A DNA stretch of 58,887 nt, filler included. It is 4 parts of 4 records of this genome, joined end to end, with 100 filler letters (N's around TTAATTAATTAA, not from the genome) between each part and the next. Parts side by side here need not be neighbours in the genome. Positions count along the whole stretch, not along the records: positions 28,411 to 52,972 come from SRR22947725_143; positions 53,073 to 58,887 come from SRR22947725_145; 2 more parts are not named here. One strand, 5' to 3'. Within the stretch, counting starts at the first letter, position 1. Each line of letters begins with the position of its first letter. The translations under genes were made by a program, and so were the position numbers. Positions 47,539 to 57,747 of this stretch are shown here, piece by piece. The notes beneath the pieces were generated by a model, which made no database searches, had not been told where the DNA came from, and saw only the letters and a list, made by a program, of their open reading frames with translations.

Positions 47539-48602
47539 ATAAAAATTTTTTAATTACAAAAAACAAAACTTTAAAAGAAGCTATGAAGTTGATTAGTATT
47601 AATATGCACAAATGCTTAGTAGTTGTTGATAAAAAAAATCAATTACTTGGCACTCTAAGTGATGGAGACATAAGGTCAGCACTTCTTAAAAATTTTAATC
47701 TAGATGACAAGATCAAATTATTTTTCAACTCTAATGCAAAGTTTATTTTGGAAAAAAACCTTTCAACAATTAAATTGAAAGAACTCTTTTTGAATAGAAA
47801 TTTAGATATTATTCCAATAATAAATGACAAAAAAAAAGTTGTAGATGTAACTTATTGGAGCAAAGTTTTTGGTAAAAATAATGAAATTAAAATTAAGTAT
47901 GATAATAATTTAGATATCAGTGCTGTAATAATGGCAGGAGGCGAAGGCACAAGAATGCTACCTTTCACAAAAATTTTGCCGAAGCCCCTCATTCCTGTAA
48001 ATAATAAACCAGTTTTAGAACACATTATGGATAATTTCTCTGAACAAGGTATTAAAAATTTCTTTATCACGATAAATCATAAAGCAGAAATTATAAAAGC
48101 ATATTTTAAAGAACTTAATTCAAAAAGAAAAATTTTTTTTATTAAAGAAAAAACCCCACTAGGGACAGCTGGATCATTAAAATTTTTACAAAATAAAATT
48201 AAGAAAAGTTTTTTTGTAGCTAATTGCGATACAATTATAAATATTGATTTTAAAGATTTATATAATTTTCATGAACAAAAAAAAAATATGATAACAATAG
48301 TAGCTTCTGCAAAAGAAAAAGTTATACCTTATGGTGTCTGTAATTTAAGCCCAGATGGAAGATTAAAAAATATAAAAGAGAAGCCAAAATCTAGCTTTTT
48401 GGCAGTTTCTGGTATTTATTGTGTTAATCCTAAAATTTTAAAATTTGTTCCAAAAAATAAAAAATTTGATTTTCCAGATCTGATATCAATTGTCCTTAAC
48501 AAAAAGTTAAAGGTTGGAGTTTTTCCAATTGACGATAACTCATGGTTAGACACAGGCCAATGGAGTGAATACAAAAAAACTTTAGAATTTTTAGAAAATT
48601 AA
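47535..48602 (+). CDS. CBS-domain nucleotidyltransferase (PtmE/LegX-like)
   Basis: N-terminal CBS pair (LSDGDIR), MAGGEGTR..PKPL, PLGTAGSL and WLDTG motifs. Confidence 0.88.
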   Translation: MNKNFLITKNKTLKEAMKLISINMHKCLVVVDKKNQLLGTLSDGDIRSALLKNFNLDDKIKLFFNSNAKFILEKNLSTIKLKELFLNRNLDIIPIINDKKKVVDVTYWSKVFGKNNEIKIKYDNNLDISAVIMAGGEGTRMLPFTKILPKPLIPVNNKPVLEHIMDNFSEQGIKNFFITINHKAEIIKAYFKELNSKRKIFFIKEKTPLGTAGSLKFLQNKIKKSFFVANCDTIINIDFKDLYNFHEQKKNMITIVASAKEKVIPYGVCNLSPDGRLKNIKEKPKSSFLAVSGIYCVNPKILKFVPKNKKFDFPDLISIVLNKKLKVGVFPIDDNSWLDTGQWSEYKKTLEFLEN

Positions 48603-48605
48603 TTT

Positions 48606-49388
48606 ATGAATAATTATAAAAATTTATTCAATAACAAAAAAAAAATGGCTTTTGTTATTGGTGGCAATGGATTAATAGGTAAGGAAATTTGTAATGCTCT
48701 TCAATATTCAGGGTGTAAGGTAATTTCACTTGATCATAAACACAAATTAAGAAAAAAAAATAAAATCAATTTGTTAACAAAAAAATATTTTAATTGCTCT
48801 GATTATGAAAATTTAAAGTCAAATTTTGATGAAATTGTGAATGAGTTTGGCACACCTGATATTTTTATAAATGCAAGTTATCCAAGATCAGAAGATTGGG
48901 CTAATAATTCATTTGATGGAATAACCAAGAAAAGTTTTAAAAAAAATATTGAACTCCATCTATATTCTTATGTTTGGCTAGCAAAACATGCGGCCGACCA
49001 AATGAAATCCAAAAAAGTGAAAGGATCAATTATTCAATTAAGTTCCATATATGGGGTGAATGCTCAAGATATGAGTATTTATGAAAATACAAAAATGAAA
49101 GAAAGCATGACCTATTCAATTATTAAAGGAGGGATTAACCAACTTACAAAACAGATGGCTTCATATTATGGTAAATATCGAATCCGAATAAATGCTATTT
49201 GCCCGGGAGGAATTAGAGAAAAAAAACATAATAAAATTTTTATAAAAAACTATTTGAAAAAAGTTCCTTTAAAAAGATTTTGCAGACCACAAGACGTTGC
49301 TGCCTCAGCTCTTTTTTTATCATCTGATGCATCATCATATATCACAGGCACAATATTCATGGTTGATGGAGGGTGGACCTCAGTTTAA
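48606..49388 (+). CDS. SDR oxidoreductase (PtmA-like)
   Basis: GGNGLIG, SYPR, SSIYG, YSIIK, CPGGI and YITG..MVDGG motifs. Confidence 0.85.
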   Translation: MNNYKNLFNNKKKMAFVIGGNGLIGKEICNALQYSGCKVISLDHKHKLRKKNKINLLTKKYFNCSDYENLKSNFDEIVNEFGTPDIFINASYPRSEDWANNSFDGITKKSFKKNIELHLYSYVWLAKHAADQMKSKKVKGSIIQLSSIYGVNAQDMSIYENTKMKESMTYSIIKGGINQLTKQMASYYGKYRIRINAICPGGIREKKHNKIFIKNYLKKVPLKRFCRPQDVAASALFLSSDASSYITGTIFMVDGGWTSV

Positions 49389-49399
49389 TTTTTTATATA

Positions 49400-50614
49400 A
49401 TGAAACAAAAAATATTTGGTCTAATAATCAACTTTAACAGTTTAAGACATTATACTCATGCTAATTCTTTACTTTTAGAAAGAATATCAAAAAGATTTGA
49501 TGAGTTTTATTTGATTGACACCAGACAACTAGAATTGAATTTATTCAACTCAAGAAACAAAATTTTAAGGTGGGATTTAGATTCTTTTGTTGAAAAGAAT
49601 GAAGATGAGTTAGTTCAGGGACTTCCAAAAAATTTTAAAATAATAAAACCTCTAAATGGAGCACATTTCAAAAGATTATTTGACGATAAAATTTTATTAT
49701 TAATAAATAGTATAGGAAAAACTTTTTCAGAATTATATTTGCATTATTTATTAAGTTCCAAAAATATTAATCAAGTAATAATTTCAAATATTTCAAATAA
49801 TGAAACAACCATACAAACAAATAATTTAAAATCTAAAATAATTTTTTACTTAGGAAAAATTCTACCATCAAAAATTATTTCATTCTTAAGAATGATCAAT
49901 GTTTATTCCAAAATTTATATTAGATTTGAATGTAATAAAAAATTATTAGAACATTTTAAAAGATCCAAAATAAAAATCTCTTATCAAAAAATTATTGGAG
50001 TCAATAATAGATCTTATGATGAGTTAAAATTTTCAAAATTAAAAATATCAAATGATTATATTGTTTTACTGGATGCAAATTTAAATCATAAAGAAGATGT
50101 TATATTTAGAGGAAAAGTTGATTTAGATGATGAAATTCAACATTATGAAAATTTAAATAAGTTATTAGAAAAATTGCAAAATTTATATGATAAGGAAGTT
50201 ATTATATGTATACATCCTCAATATGATTTAGAGAAAACAAAAAAAAATTTTCCTAAATATGAAGTTTTCAAATTTAGAACTAGAGAAATGATTTATAAAG
50301 CACATTTGGTTTTATTTTTTGACACAACAGCAATTATGGATGCTTATTTTTTAAATAAAAAAATAATATCTTTGAAAACAAACATTCAATTTACTACTGA
50401 TGTTACAAGATATAATAAAGAATTTGGGACACCAATTATCGATATCAACAAAGAATTTGATTTTACTAAAAAAAATCTAGATGAGGATTTAATCAAAGCG
50501 AGCTCAAGTCAAAAAGATTTTATAAAAACTTATATCCAAGCCGATGGAGAAAATATTGGAATTGATAAAATTTTAAACGAATGTCAAAATTTATTGGAAA
50601 AAACTAAAATATGA
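49400..50614 (+). CDS. Hypothetical polysaccharide biosynthesis protein, possible nonulosonate transferase
   Basis: Long ORF in the operon; ICIHP and TTAI..A motifs in a GT-B-like C-terminal half. Confidence 0.45.
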   Translation: MKQKIFGLIINFNSLRHYTHANSLLLERISKRFDEFYLIDTRQLELNLFNSRNKILRWDLDSFVEKNEDELVQGLPKNFKIIKPLNGAHFKRLFDDKILLLINSIGKTFSELYLHYLLSSKNINQVIISNISNNETTIQTNNLKSKIIFYLGKILPSKIISFLRMINVYSKIYIRFECNKKLLEHFKRSKIKISYQKIIGVNNRSYDELKFSKLKISNDYIVLLDANLNHKEDVIFRGKVDLDDEIQHYENLNKLLEKLQNLYDKEVIICIHPQYDLEKTKKNFPKYEVFKFRTREMIYKAHLVLFFDTTAIMDAYFLNKKIISLKTNIQFTTDVTRYNKEFGTPIIDINKEFDFTKKNLDEDLIKASSSQKDFIKTYIQADGENIGIDKILNECQNLLEKTKI

Positions 50615-51559
50615 ATCTTATTAAATTTTTTAATAATATCGATTTCCTTTTAGAAAAGAGAGATAAAATAAAATTATATTTAATTTTCTTGGGTATGATT
50701 TTTGCATCTATTTTAGAATTAATAGGAATTGGCTCAATACCAGTTTTTTCAATGGTTATTTTAGATGTTCAAATTTTAGTAAAAAACTCTCATGGTTTTA
50801 TCACAAATGATTTTATAGACAACATTGGAAAAAAAAATTTCATTTTGATTTCCTCAATTTTCATAATTTTAGTTTTTTTAATTAAAAATATTTTTCTTGC
50901 TCTTCTTCATTATTCAAAATCTAAATTTATTCTTTCATTAAAGATAAAACTTACCTCTAGACTATTTGATGGTTATCTTTATGCTCCATATCTTTTTCAT
51001 GTAAATAGAAATTCTTCAGTTTTAATTAGAAACCTAAATGATGTTATTTTTAATTCACTAAGAAGCATAGAGAGTTTTTTAAATTTACTACTTGAATTGC
51101 TTGTTTTTATAGTTTTAATTTTTTTTTTACTAAAAGTTGACTTTAACACCTCAATTTCGATATTTATAAGTCTTGGAACTTTTTCTATATTATTTTACTT
51201 AAGTGTTAAAAAAAAGTTAAAAAAATGGGGTACAGAAATTCAGACGCTACACGCTAAAGAACTGCAAACATTAAATCAAAATCTAGGTTCAATTAAAGAA
51301 ATAAAAATCCTTAGAAGAGAAAATTATCAGTCATCTAATTTCAAAAAGATAGTGTCCAAAATTGGATCTATGAGTTTTTATCATGGAATAATGCAATCTA
51401 TTCCAAGATTAGCATTAGAAATTATTGCAATAATTTTTATTGTTAGCATTTGTTTTTTTTATTTACAAAAAGGAATGATTTTTGAAGAAATTATTCCTCT
51501 TATATCATTGTTTGGTGTTGCTGCAATAAGGATGATTCCGTCATTAAATGTGATTAATT
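50611..51559 (+). CDS. ABC exporter transmembrane domain, broken at an inversion junction
   Basis: Six TM helices ending AAIRMIPSLNVIN; no NBD follows on this strand. Confidence 0.8.
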
Positions 51560-52188
51560 TCACCAAGGCCTCCACCATATACAATTGGAAAATCATATTC
51601 ATGCTTTGATATTTCTGAGATTAATTCTTTATCAAAGCCTGAGCATGAACCATCTAAATCAATAGATGTAATAATTACTTCTCCAATTTTATAATTGTCT
51701 AAAACCTTAAGCCAATCATTTAATTGATAATTTGAATTATCTCTTCCATGATTTGACATACAGTAAAACAAACCATTTATATTTCGTACTTCAACTGATA
51801 CTGTCAAAAATTGATTTCCATAAATTTCATTTATTTCTTTAATAAAATTTGGGTCAGCTAAAGCTTTAGTGTTAATTGAAATTCTATCTGCACCACAATT
51901 TAATAAATTTTTGATATCATTTAGATCTTTGATTCCTCCACCGACTGTAATAGGAATAAAAATATTTTCAGATATTTCTTTAACAACATTAAATAAATTG
52001 TCTCTACTATATAAAGAGGCAACTATATCTTGAATGAAAATCTGATCTGCACCTTCAAGATAATATTTTTTTGCAAAGTCAATTGGATTACCTATTTTGG
52101 CTAAACCTTCAAATTGTTGACCTTTAATTAAAAATTCATTTTTAATTTCTAGCTTTGGAATAATTCTAATTTTTTCAATTTGACTCAT
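51544..52188 (-). CDS. Second HisF-like protein, C-terminally truncated at the inversion junction
   Basis: RIIPKL, GADQI, VASLYSR, PITVGGGI and TSIDLDG..GFD motifs; ends abruptly after YGGGLGEINHI. Confidence 0.82.
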   Translation of the reverse strand: MSQIEKIRIIPKLEIKNEFLIKGQQFEGLAKIGNPIDFAKKYYLEGADQIFIQDIVASLYSRDNLFNVVKEISENIFIPITVGGGIKDLNDIKNLLNCGADRISINTKALADPNFIKEINEIYGNQFLTVSVEVRNINGLFYCMSNHGRDNSNYQLNDWLKVLDNYKIGEVIITSIDLDGSCSGFDKELISEISKHEYDFPIVYGGGLGEINHI

Positions 52189-52191
52189 TAT

Positions 52192-52972
52192 TTAATTATC
52201 TTTAGAAAAAAAATCTTCATAAATATTTTTAATTTTATCGAAACTACCCAATTCTTTAATTTTACCTTCTTTCATTAAAAATATATTATCGCAATTCTTA
52301 ACTGTATTTTTTCTATGAGAAATAATTATAACGGTCATACTTTTTTTATTATTACTAATCTCTTCTATAATTTTATTTTCATTTTCTATATCTAGGTTGC
52401 TAGTTGCTTCATCCAAAACTAATACATTTGGATCATTGTACAAAGCTCTAGCAATACCGATTCTTTGTTTTTGTCCACCTGAAATTCTCACCCCTCTATC
52501 TCCAACAAATGTCTCTATCTTCTTGGGTAATGATTCAATAAATTCTTTATTTTGAGAAAAATTAATTGCTTTTTCTAATTTTTTTTCACAAACTTCATTA
52601 TCATCGACACCAAAAGCAATATTATTTTTTATCGAAGCATCTAATAAATAAGTGTCTTGAGGAACATATCCTATTGTTTGTCTCCATTCGTCTAAATGAT
52701 TATTTAAATTTAACCCATCTATTTTTATATTTCCTTTTTTTGGTTCAATTAAACCAAGTATTATATTTAATAAAGTTGTTTTTCCAGAACCTGATGGTCC
52801 TATTATTCCAATAGTTTGACCAAAATTGATTTGCATTGAAATATTGTTCAAAATTTTTTTTGAATCATATGAAAAATTAATATCTTTTAAAAACAATGAC
52901 TTTTTATTTAATAAATATTTTTCTTTAATATTTTCAGAGTTTTTCTGAATTTTATTTTTAATGAAACTATCT
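52192..52972 (-). CDS. ABC exporter nucleotide-binding domain, open to the contig end
   Basis: GPSGSGKTT, GYVPQD, SGGQKQR and LDEATSNLD motifs; the frame stays open from 52896 to 52972. Confidence 0.88.
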
Positions 52973-53072
52973 NNNNNNNNNNNNNNNNNNNNNNNNNNNN
53001 NNNNNNNNNNNNNNNNTTAATTAATTAANNNNNNNNNNNNNNNNNNNNNNNNNNNNNNNNNNNNNNNNNNNN
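52973..53072. other. Artificial contig linker
   Basis: N44-TTAATTAATTAA-N44. Confidence 0.98.
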
Positions 53073-53339
53073 ATCTTTCATTTTTTTATTAATTGATTGA
53101 TCACCATAACCAATTTCCCTGATGCTTAATTCAACTTGTCTGAAGGTAAAATCATAAATCTCTTGTAGTATTTTTTTATCATTATTTTCCTTATAAACTT
53201 TCAAAAAGAAAGCAAAATGAAGTAAAAAGAATATCAATCTATCAGAAAAAGTGTCTTGGTTTTTAAAATCTTTATACAAATCTTTATTTCTAGTTAATTG
53301 AACTAAATTGTTGTAAATATTTATATAGTTTTTATCCAT
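53073..53339 (-). CDS. Ubiquinol-cytochrome c chaperone (Cbp3-like), N-terminal part
   Basis: DTFSDR..LH and IREIGYGDQSINKKMK motifs; divergent from bamE, as is usual in Alphaproteobacteria. Confidence 0.8.
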
Positions 53340-53802
53340 GAGAAAATTATTTGTATTTATTATAATATCATTATTTATTTCAGCTTGTACTTTAAAAAAA
53401 GTTGAAAAACACCACGGTGTTCATTTTTTAAATAAAAAACAAGAAAAACTTACTGTTAATCAGTCAAATAAAAACGATATTTTAAAATTATTAGGTTCAC
53501 CATCAACTAAAAGTACTTTTGACAATGATTTATGGATTTATATTGAAAGAAAAACAGATAATTCATCTCTTACAAAATTTGGCAGTGAAAGAATTATTGT
53601 AAACAATGTTCTATTATTAGAAATCAACAGTATGGGTCTTCTAGAAACTAAAGAGTTTCTAGATCTCACTAATATGCAAGAATTGAAATTTGCAGAACAA
53701 ACCACTGAAAATCAATACAAGAAAAACACATTTGTATACGACTTTCTATCCAGTATGAGACAGAAAATTAACGACCCCTTAGGTAAAAGAAAAAGAAATT
53801 AA
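53338..53802 (+). CDS. bamE: Outer membrane protein assembly lipoprotein BamE (SmpA/OmlA)
   Basis: Lipobox ISAC, HG, and K.DI..LLGSPS..STFD..WIYI motifs. Confidence 0.85.
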   Translation: MRKLFVFIIISLFISACTLKKVEKHHGVHFLNKKQEKLTVNQSNKNDILKLLGSPSTKSTFDNDLWIYIERKTDNSSLTKFGSERIIVNNVLLLEINSMGLLETKEFLDLTNMQELKFAEQTTENQYKKNTFVYDFLSSMRQKINDPLGKRKRN

Positions 53803-53809
53803 TCTTTTC

Positions 53810-55915
53810 TTAGCCAGCAATTACAGCTAACAATAATAAAGCTACAATATTAGTAATCTTAATCATTGGGTTTACAGCAGGACCAGCAGTATCTTTGTAC
53901 GGGTCTCCAACAGTGTCACCAGTTACAGCAGCTTTGTGTGCTTCAGAACCTTTTCCACCGTGATTTCCGTCTTCAATATACTTTTTTGCATTATCCCAAG
54001 CACCACCACCTGCAGTCATTGAAACAGCTACAAATAAACCTGTAATAATTACACCTAACAACATTGCACCTACTGCAGCTAAAGCAGCAACTTGACCGCC
54101 TATAGCTAGTATTACAAAGTATAAAACAATAGGAGAAAGAACTGGCAATAATGAAGGTATAATCATTTCTCTAATTGCAGCTAAAGTTAATAAATCTACT
54201 AATTTAGCGTAATCAGGTTTTTGTTTACCCTTCATGATACCTGGATATTTCTTAAATTGTCTTCTTACTTCGACAACCACTGCACCACCTGCTCTACCAA
54301 CGGCTTGCATACCCATTGATCCAAATAAATATGGAAGCATTCCACCAATTAATAACCCAACTACAACGTAAGGATTCGATAAATCAAAAGTTACAACAAT
54401 TCCTTCAAGCTTTGAACCTGCTACACCTGAAAAGTGTTTGATATCCTCAACATAAGCTGCAAATAATACTAGAGCACCTAAACCTGCTGAACCTATAGCA
54501 TAACCTTTAGTAACAGCTTTAGTCGTATTACCTACTGCATCCAATGCATCAGTAGTTTTTCTAACACTATTTGGTAATTTAGCCATTTCAGCAATACCGC
54601 CAGCATTATCTGTTACAGGACCATAAGCATCAAGAGCAACAACCATACCTGCTAATGCAAGCATTGTAGTTACTGAAATAGCGATACCATAAAGACCAGC
54701 GATTGAATTTGTTGCTAATATACCGGCAACAATAATTAAAGCTGGTACAGCAGTGGCTTCCATAGAAACAGCTAAGCCTTGGATAACGTTTGTTCCATGA
54801 CCAGTTGTAGAAGATTTAGCAATACTTCTTACTGGTCTGTATTCAGTACCAGTGTAGTATTCAGTAATCCAAATTAGTAGTCCAGTAATAACTAAACCAA
54901 TTATTCCACAGTAATATAAACTCATACCAGTAAAACTTTTACCATTAACAGTATATTCGCTTGCAAATCCGATTACATAATCAGTAACAGGGTATAAAAT
55001 TATTAATGAAGAAACAGCAGAAACTACAAACCCTTTATATAAAGCGTTCATAACATTTTTACTTTTTCCAAGTTTAACAAAGAAAGTTCCTAAGATTGAT
55101 GTTAAAATACAAGCCCCACCAATAGTTAGAGGATAGATCATCATATTTATATCACCATAGAAAAATATCGAAGAAAGAACCATTGTTGCAACAATTGTTA
55201 CAGCGTAAGTTTCAAATAAGTCTGCTGCCATACCAGCACAATCACCAACGTTATCTCCAACATTGTCAGCAATTACAGCTGGGTTTCTAGGATCATCTTC
55301 TGGAATACCTGCTTCAACTTTACCAACTAAGTCAGCACCAACATCAGCACCTTTTGTAAAAATTCCACCACCTAATCTTGCAAAAATTGATATTAAAGAA
55401 GCACCAAAGCCTAAAGCAACTAATGCATTAATAACTTCTCTGTCATCAATGCCTGCTTTTAATAAAAAATAGTAATAAACTGCGATTGCAAGTAAAGCTA
55501 ATCCAGCAACTAACATTCCAGTTACAGCACCTGATTTAAATGCAACTGCAAGACCACTTGCTAAACCTTTTCTTGATGCTTCAGCAGTTCTAACGTTAGC
55601 TTGAACAGAAACTAACATTCCAACATAACCGGCTATACCTGATAATGTAGCACCAATAAAATAACCTAAACCAACTAATGGACTGAACACAAAGAAAATA
55701 ATGACTAAAACAACAACTCCAACCACGGCAATTGTTTTATATTGTCTTGCTAAATAAGCCTTAGCACCAATTTGAATTGCTGATGCTATTTCTTGCATCT
55801 TGGCATTTCCTGCACTTGAGTTAAGGATATTCATTCCTGTAAAAAAACCATAAACGATTGAAAGAGATCCAGCTGCTATGGTAAATAATAATATTGTTTC
55901 TATTAGTGAGTTCAT
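53810..55915 (-). CDS. hppA: Membrane pyrophosphatase, K+-independent H+-pumping type
   Basis: [28 protein letters not shown] and [10 protein letters not shown] motifs; GNTTKA carries the Lys diagnostic of K+ independence. Confidence 0.95.
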   Translation of the reverse strand: MNSLIETILLFTIAAGSLSIVYGFFTGMNILNSSAGNAKMQEIASAIQIGAKAYLARQYKTIAVVGVVVLVIIFFVFSPLVGLGYFIGATLSGIAGYVGMLVSVQANVRTAEASRKGLASGLAVAFKSGAVTGMLVAGLALLAIAVYYYFLLKAGIDDREVINALVALGFGASLISIFARLGGGIFTKGADVGADLVGKVEAGIPEDDPRNPAVIADNVGDNVGDCAGMAADLFETYAVTIVATMVLSSIFFYGDINMMIYPLTIGGACILTSILGTFFVKLGKSKNVMNALYKGFVVSAVSSLIILYPVTDYVIGFASEYTVNGKSFTGMSLYYCGIIGLVITGLLIWITEYYTGTEYRPVRSIAKSSTTGHGTNVIQGLAVSMEATAVPALIIVAGILATNSIAGLYGIAISVTTMLALAGMVVALDAYGPVTDNAGGIAEMAKLPNSVRKTTDALDAVGNTTKAVTKGYAIGSAGLGALVLFAAYVEDIKHFSGVAGSKLEGIVVTFDLSNPYVVVGLLIGGMLPYLFGSMGMQAVGRAGGAVVVEVRRQFKKYPGIMKGKQKPDYAKLVDLLTLAAIREMIIPSLLPVLSPIVLYFVILAIGGQVAALAAVGAMLLGVIITGLFVAVSMTAGGGAWDNAKKYIEDGNHGGKGSEAHKAAVTGDTVGDPYKDTAGPAVNPMIKITNIVALLLLAVIAG

Positions 55916-56001
55916 TTTGCCTTTGGTTGTTTGGTTGTTAAATTTTATTCTTTAAAGTCCGGACAATACAAAAAAAGCAATAAAAGGCAATATTTAACTT
56001 T

Positions 56002-56961
56002 TTAAAACTTATGAAAATAACCTTTATTTTTAAGGGTAATTTGCCGATTTTCATCATCTACAATGGATGATTTTTTAACATGGCTTTGAATTGTGCCAAT
56101 TTTAGTTAGCTTAACTCTACAATTAGTAGCTATTTTTCTTATGATTCTCATCTTATTTTTAGAAGCTGTAAATAAGACCTGATAATCATCACCATTAGAA
56201 ATGTAATTAATCTTAGATAGTTTTTTAAGAGCAAGTATCTTCTTTAGGTTACTTGAAATTGGAATATCTTTTAAAAAAATTTTATAAGATAATTTCTGAT
56301 TATTTATCATTTTATCAAGGTCCGCTATAAGTCCATCAGATATATCAATTGAGGTATTGGCAAACTTTTTAATTTGATCAATTAATCTTAATTGAATATT
56401 TGGCATAAAATATTGATAAGTAAAATATTTTTTTAATCTTGAATTAAGCTTAATTTTATTTTTTAAAACTAATAGCCCTAAATAGCTGTCTCCTATATTT
56501 CCAGTGACATATACATCATCATAAAGTTTAGCTTTGTTTCTATAGATAATATTATCGGCAAAACCTATTGAAGTAATTGTAAAACTTAACTTGTTAGAAA
56601 AAACTGTATCTCCACCACTTAAAAATATTTTATATTTATTTTGTTCTTGATTAAGTGATTTGCTGATTTTTGATAAATTTAATTTAGAAAAACTTTTTTT
56701 ATTACCGGAACCAGAAATAAAATAATATTTTGGTTTAATACCTTTGCATATTAAATCTGAAATTGATGATCTAATTATTTTTTTAATGACAAGATCAGGT
56801 CTTTTAAAGTCTATGAAATGATTGCCTTCTGTATATGTATCAACAGATACTGCTAATTTATTTTTTTTATCAAAAAAAACATCATCATTCAAATTTAAGG
56901 CACTTGGTGATTTTTTAGAAAGTTTTTGAAAATAATTTTTTATTAATTCAAATTCATGCAT
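56002..56961 (-). CDS. thiL: Thiamine-monophosphate kinase
   Basis: EFELI, DD, EGNHF, SDL, GGDT, VTGNIGDS, DISDGL and GDDY motifs. Confidence 0.92.
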   Translation of the reverse strand: MHEFELIKNYFQKLSKKSPSALNLNDDVFFDKKNKLAVSVDTYTEGNHFIDFKRPDLVIKKIIRSSISDLICKGIKPKYYFISGSGNKKSFSKLNLSKISKSLNQEQNKYKIFLSGGDTVFSNKLSFTITSIGFADNIIYRNKAKLYDDVYVTGNIGDSYLGLLVLKNKIKLNSRLKKYFTYQYFMPNIQLRLIDQIKKFANTSIDISDGLIADLDKMINNQKLSYKIFLKDIPISSNLKKILALKKLSKINYISNGDDYQVLFTASKNKMRIIRKIATNCRVKLTKIGTIQSHVKKSSIVDDENRQITLKNKGYFHKF

Positions 56962-57358
56962 TAGTGGTTCTTATTTTTTTAGCTATTTTGTCTAATATTG
57001 CATTTAAATATTTAGTTTGACCATCTTCTAAAAAAAAGTTTGATGCATCAAGATATTCTTTAATAATTATTTTAGAAGAAACTTTAGGTTTGTATAAAAA
57101 CTCAAATATAGCAGATTTTACTATCACTTGAAAAACCTGGTCTAAATTAGTTAACTCTAAGTCCTCACTTAGATATTTTTTAACCTCTTCTTTAATAACT
57201 TCATCTCTTTCGATGGTACCTAAAACAACATCCTTAATGAATTTTTTAAATCTATGTTTGGGAAAAGTTAAGTCTGTGTCATCATTAAAAAAATTTCCAT
57301 ATAATTTTTGGATAATAATTACCCTCGGACTTTGATTGGGATTATATGGAGTTCTCAT
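56954..57358 (-). CDS. nusB: Transcription antitermination factor NusB
   Basis: IIIKEY...YLNAILD motif; lies between ribH and thiL. Confidence 0.88.
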   Translation of the reverse strand: MRTPYNPNQSPRVIIIQKLYGNFFNDDTDLTFPKHRFKKFIKDVVLGTIERDEVIKEEVKKYLSEDLELTNLDQVFQVIVKSAIFEFLYKPKVSSKIIIKEYLDASNFFLEDGQTKYLNAILDKIAKKIRTTNA

Positions 57359-57360
57359 TG

Positions 57361-57747
57361 TTATTGAGAAAGAACAGATATTACAGCTTGAGCTGCTTCT
57401 CTACCCTTTTTCTTCCTAGCTATAGCTTGACGCATATTAAGACAGGTAATAATTCCATTACCAATGGGTTTTTTGCTATCTACAGAAAGTTTCATTATTG
57501 CATCAGTTGAAGAATGAGAAATAAAATCAAAATGAGGTGTTTGGCCTTTAATAACACAACCAAGAGCTAAAAAAGCATCATATTTCTTAATATTCTTTGA
57601 AATCGTAACTGGTATTTCAAAAACACCAGGAACATTAATAATTTTTATTAAACTAGATTTAGGTAATATGCTCTTTGCACTACTTAGTAAACCCTTTGAT
57701 ATATCTTTATAATAATCAGCAATAACTATTAGATATTTTCTTTTCAT
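57361..57747 (-). CDS. ribH: 6,7-dimethyl-8-ribityllumazine synthase
   Basis: VPGVFEIP, ALGCVIKGQTPHFD and KGREAA motifs. Confidence 0.92.
   Translation of the reverse strand: MKRKYLIVIADYYKDISKGLLSSAKSILPKSSLIKIINVPGVFEIPVTISKNIKKYDAFLALGCVIKGQTPHFDFISHSSTDAIMKLSVDSKKPIGNGIITCLNMRQAIARKKKGREAAQAVISVLSQ

Noticed and set aside
51560-51609. C-terminal residues of the ORF-track protein 50611-51609
   Set aside because: These codons are the antisense of the inverted hisF-like gene beyond the junction, not part of the transporter.
694-52814. Short antisense or nested ORFs in the track (e.g. 694-885, 1680-1913, 13236-13511, 13723-14091, 30087-30380, 36421-36816, 46827-47120, 52566-52814)
   Set aside because: Shadow frames fully inside well-supported genes, with no recognisable motifs.
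21510-53072. Three identical TTAATTAATTAA palindromes flanked by Ns
   Set aside because: Artificial six-frame-stop linkers of identical 100-nt design, not biological repeats.
55916-55992. TTGCCTTT...AAAGGCAA inverted repeat upstream of hppA as a regulatory RNA
   Set aside because: Only 8 bp with a long loop in AT-rich DNA, and no recognisable riboswitch structure.
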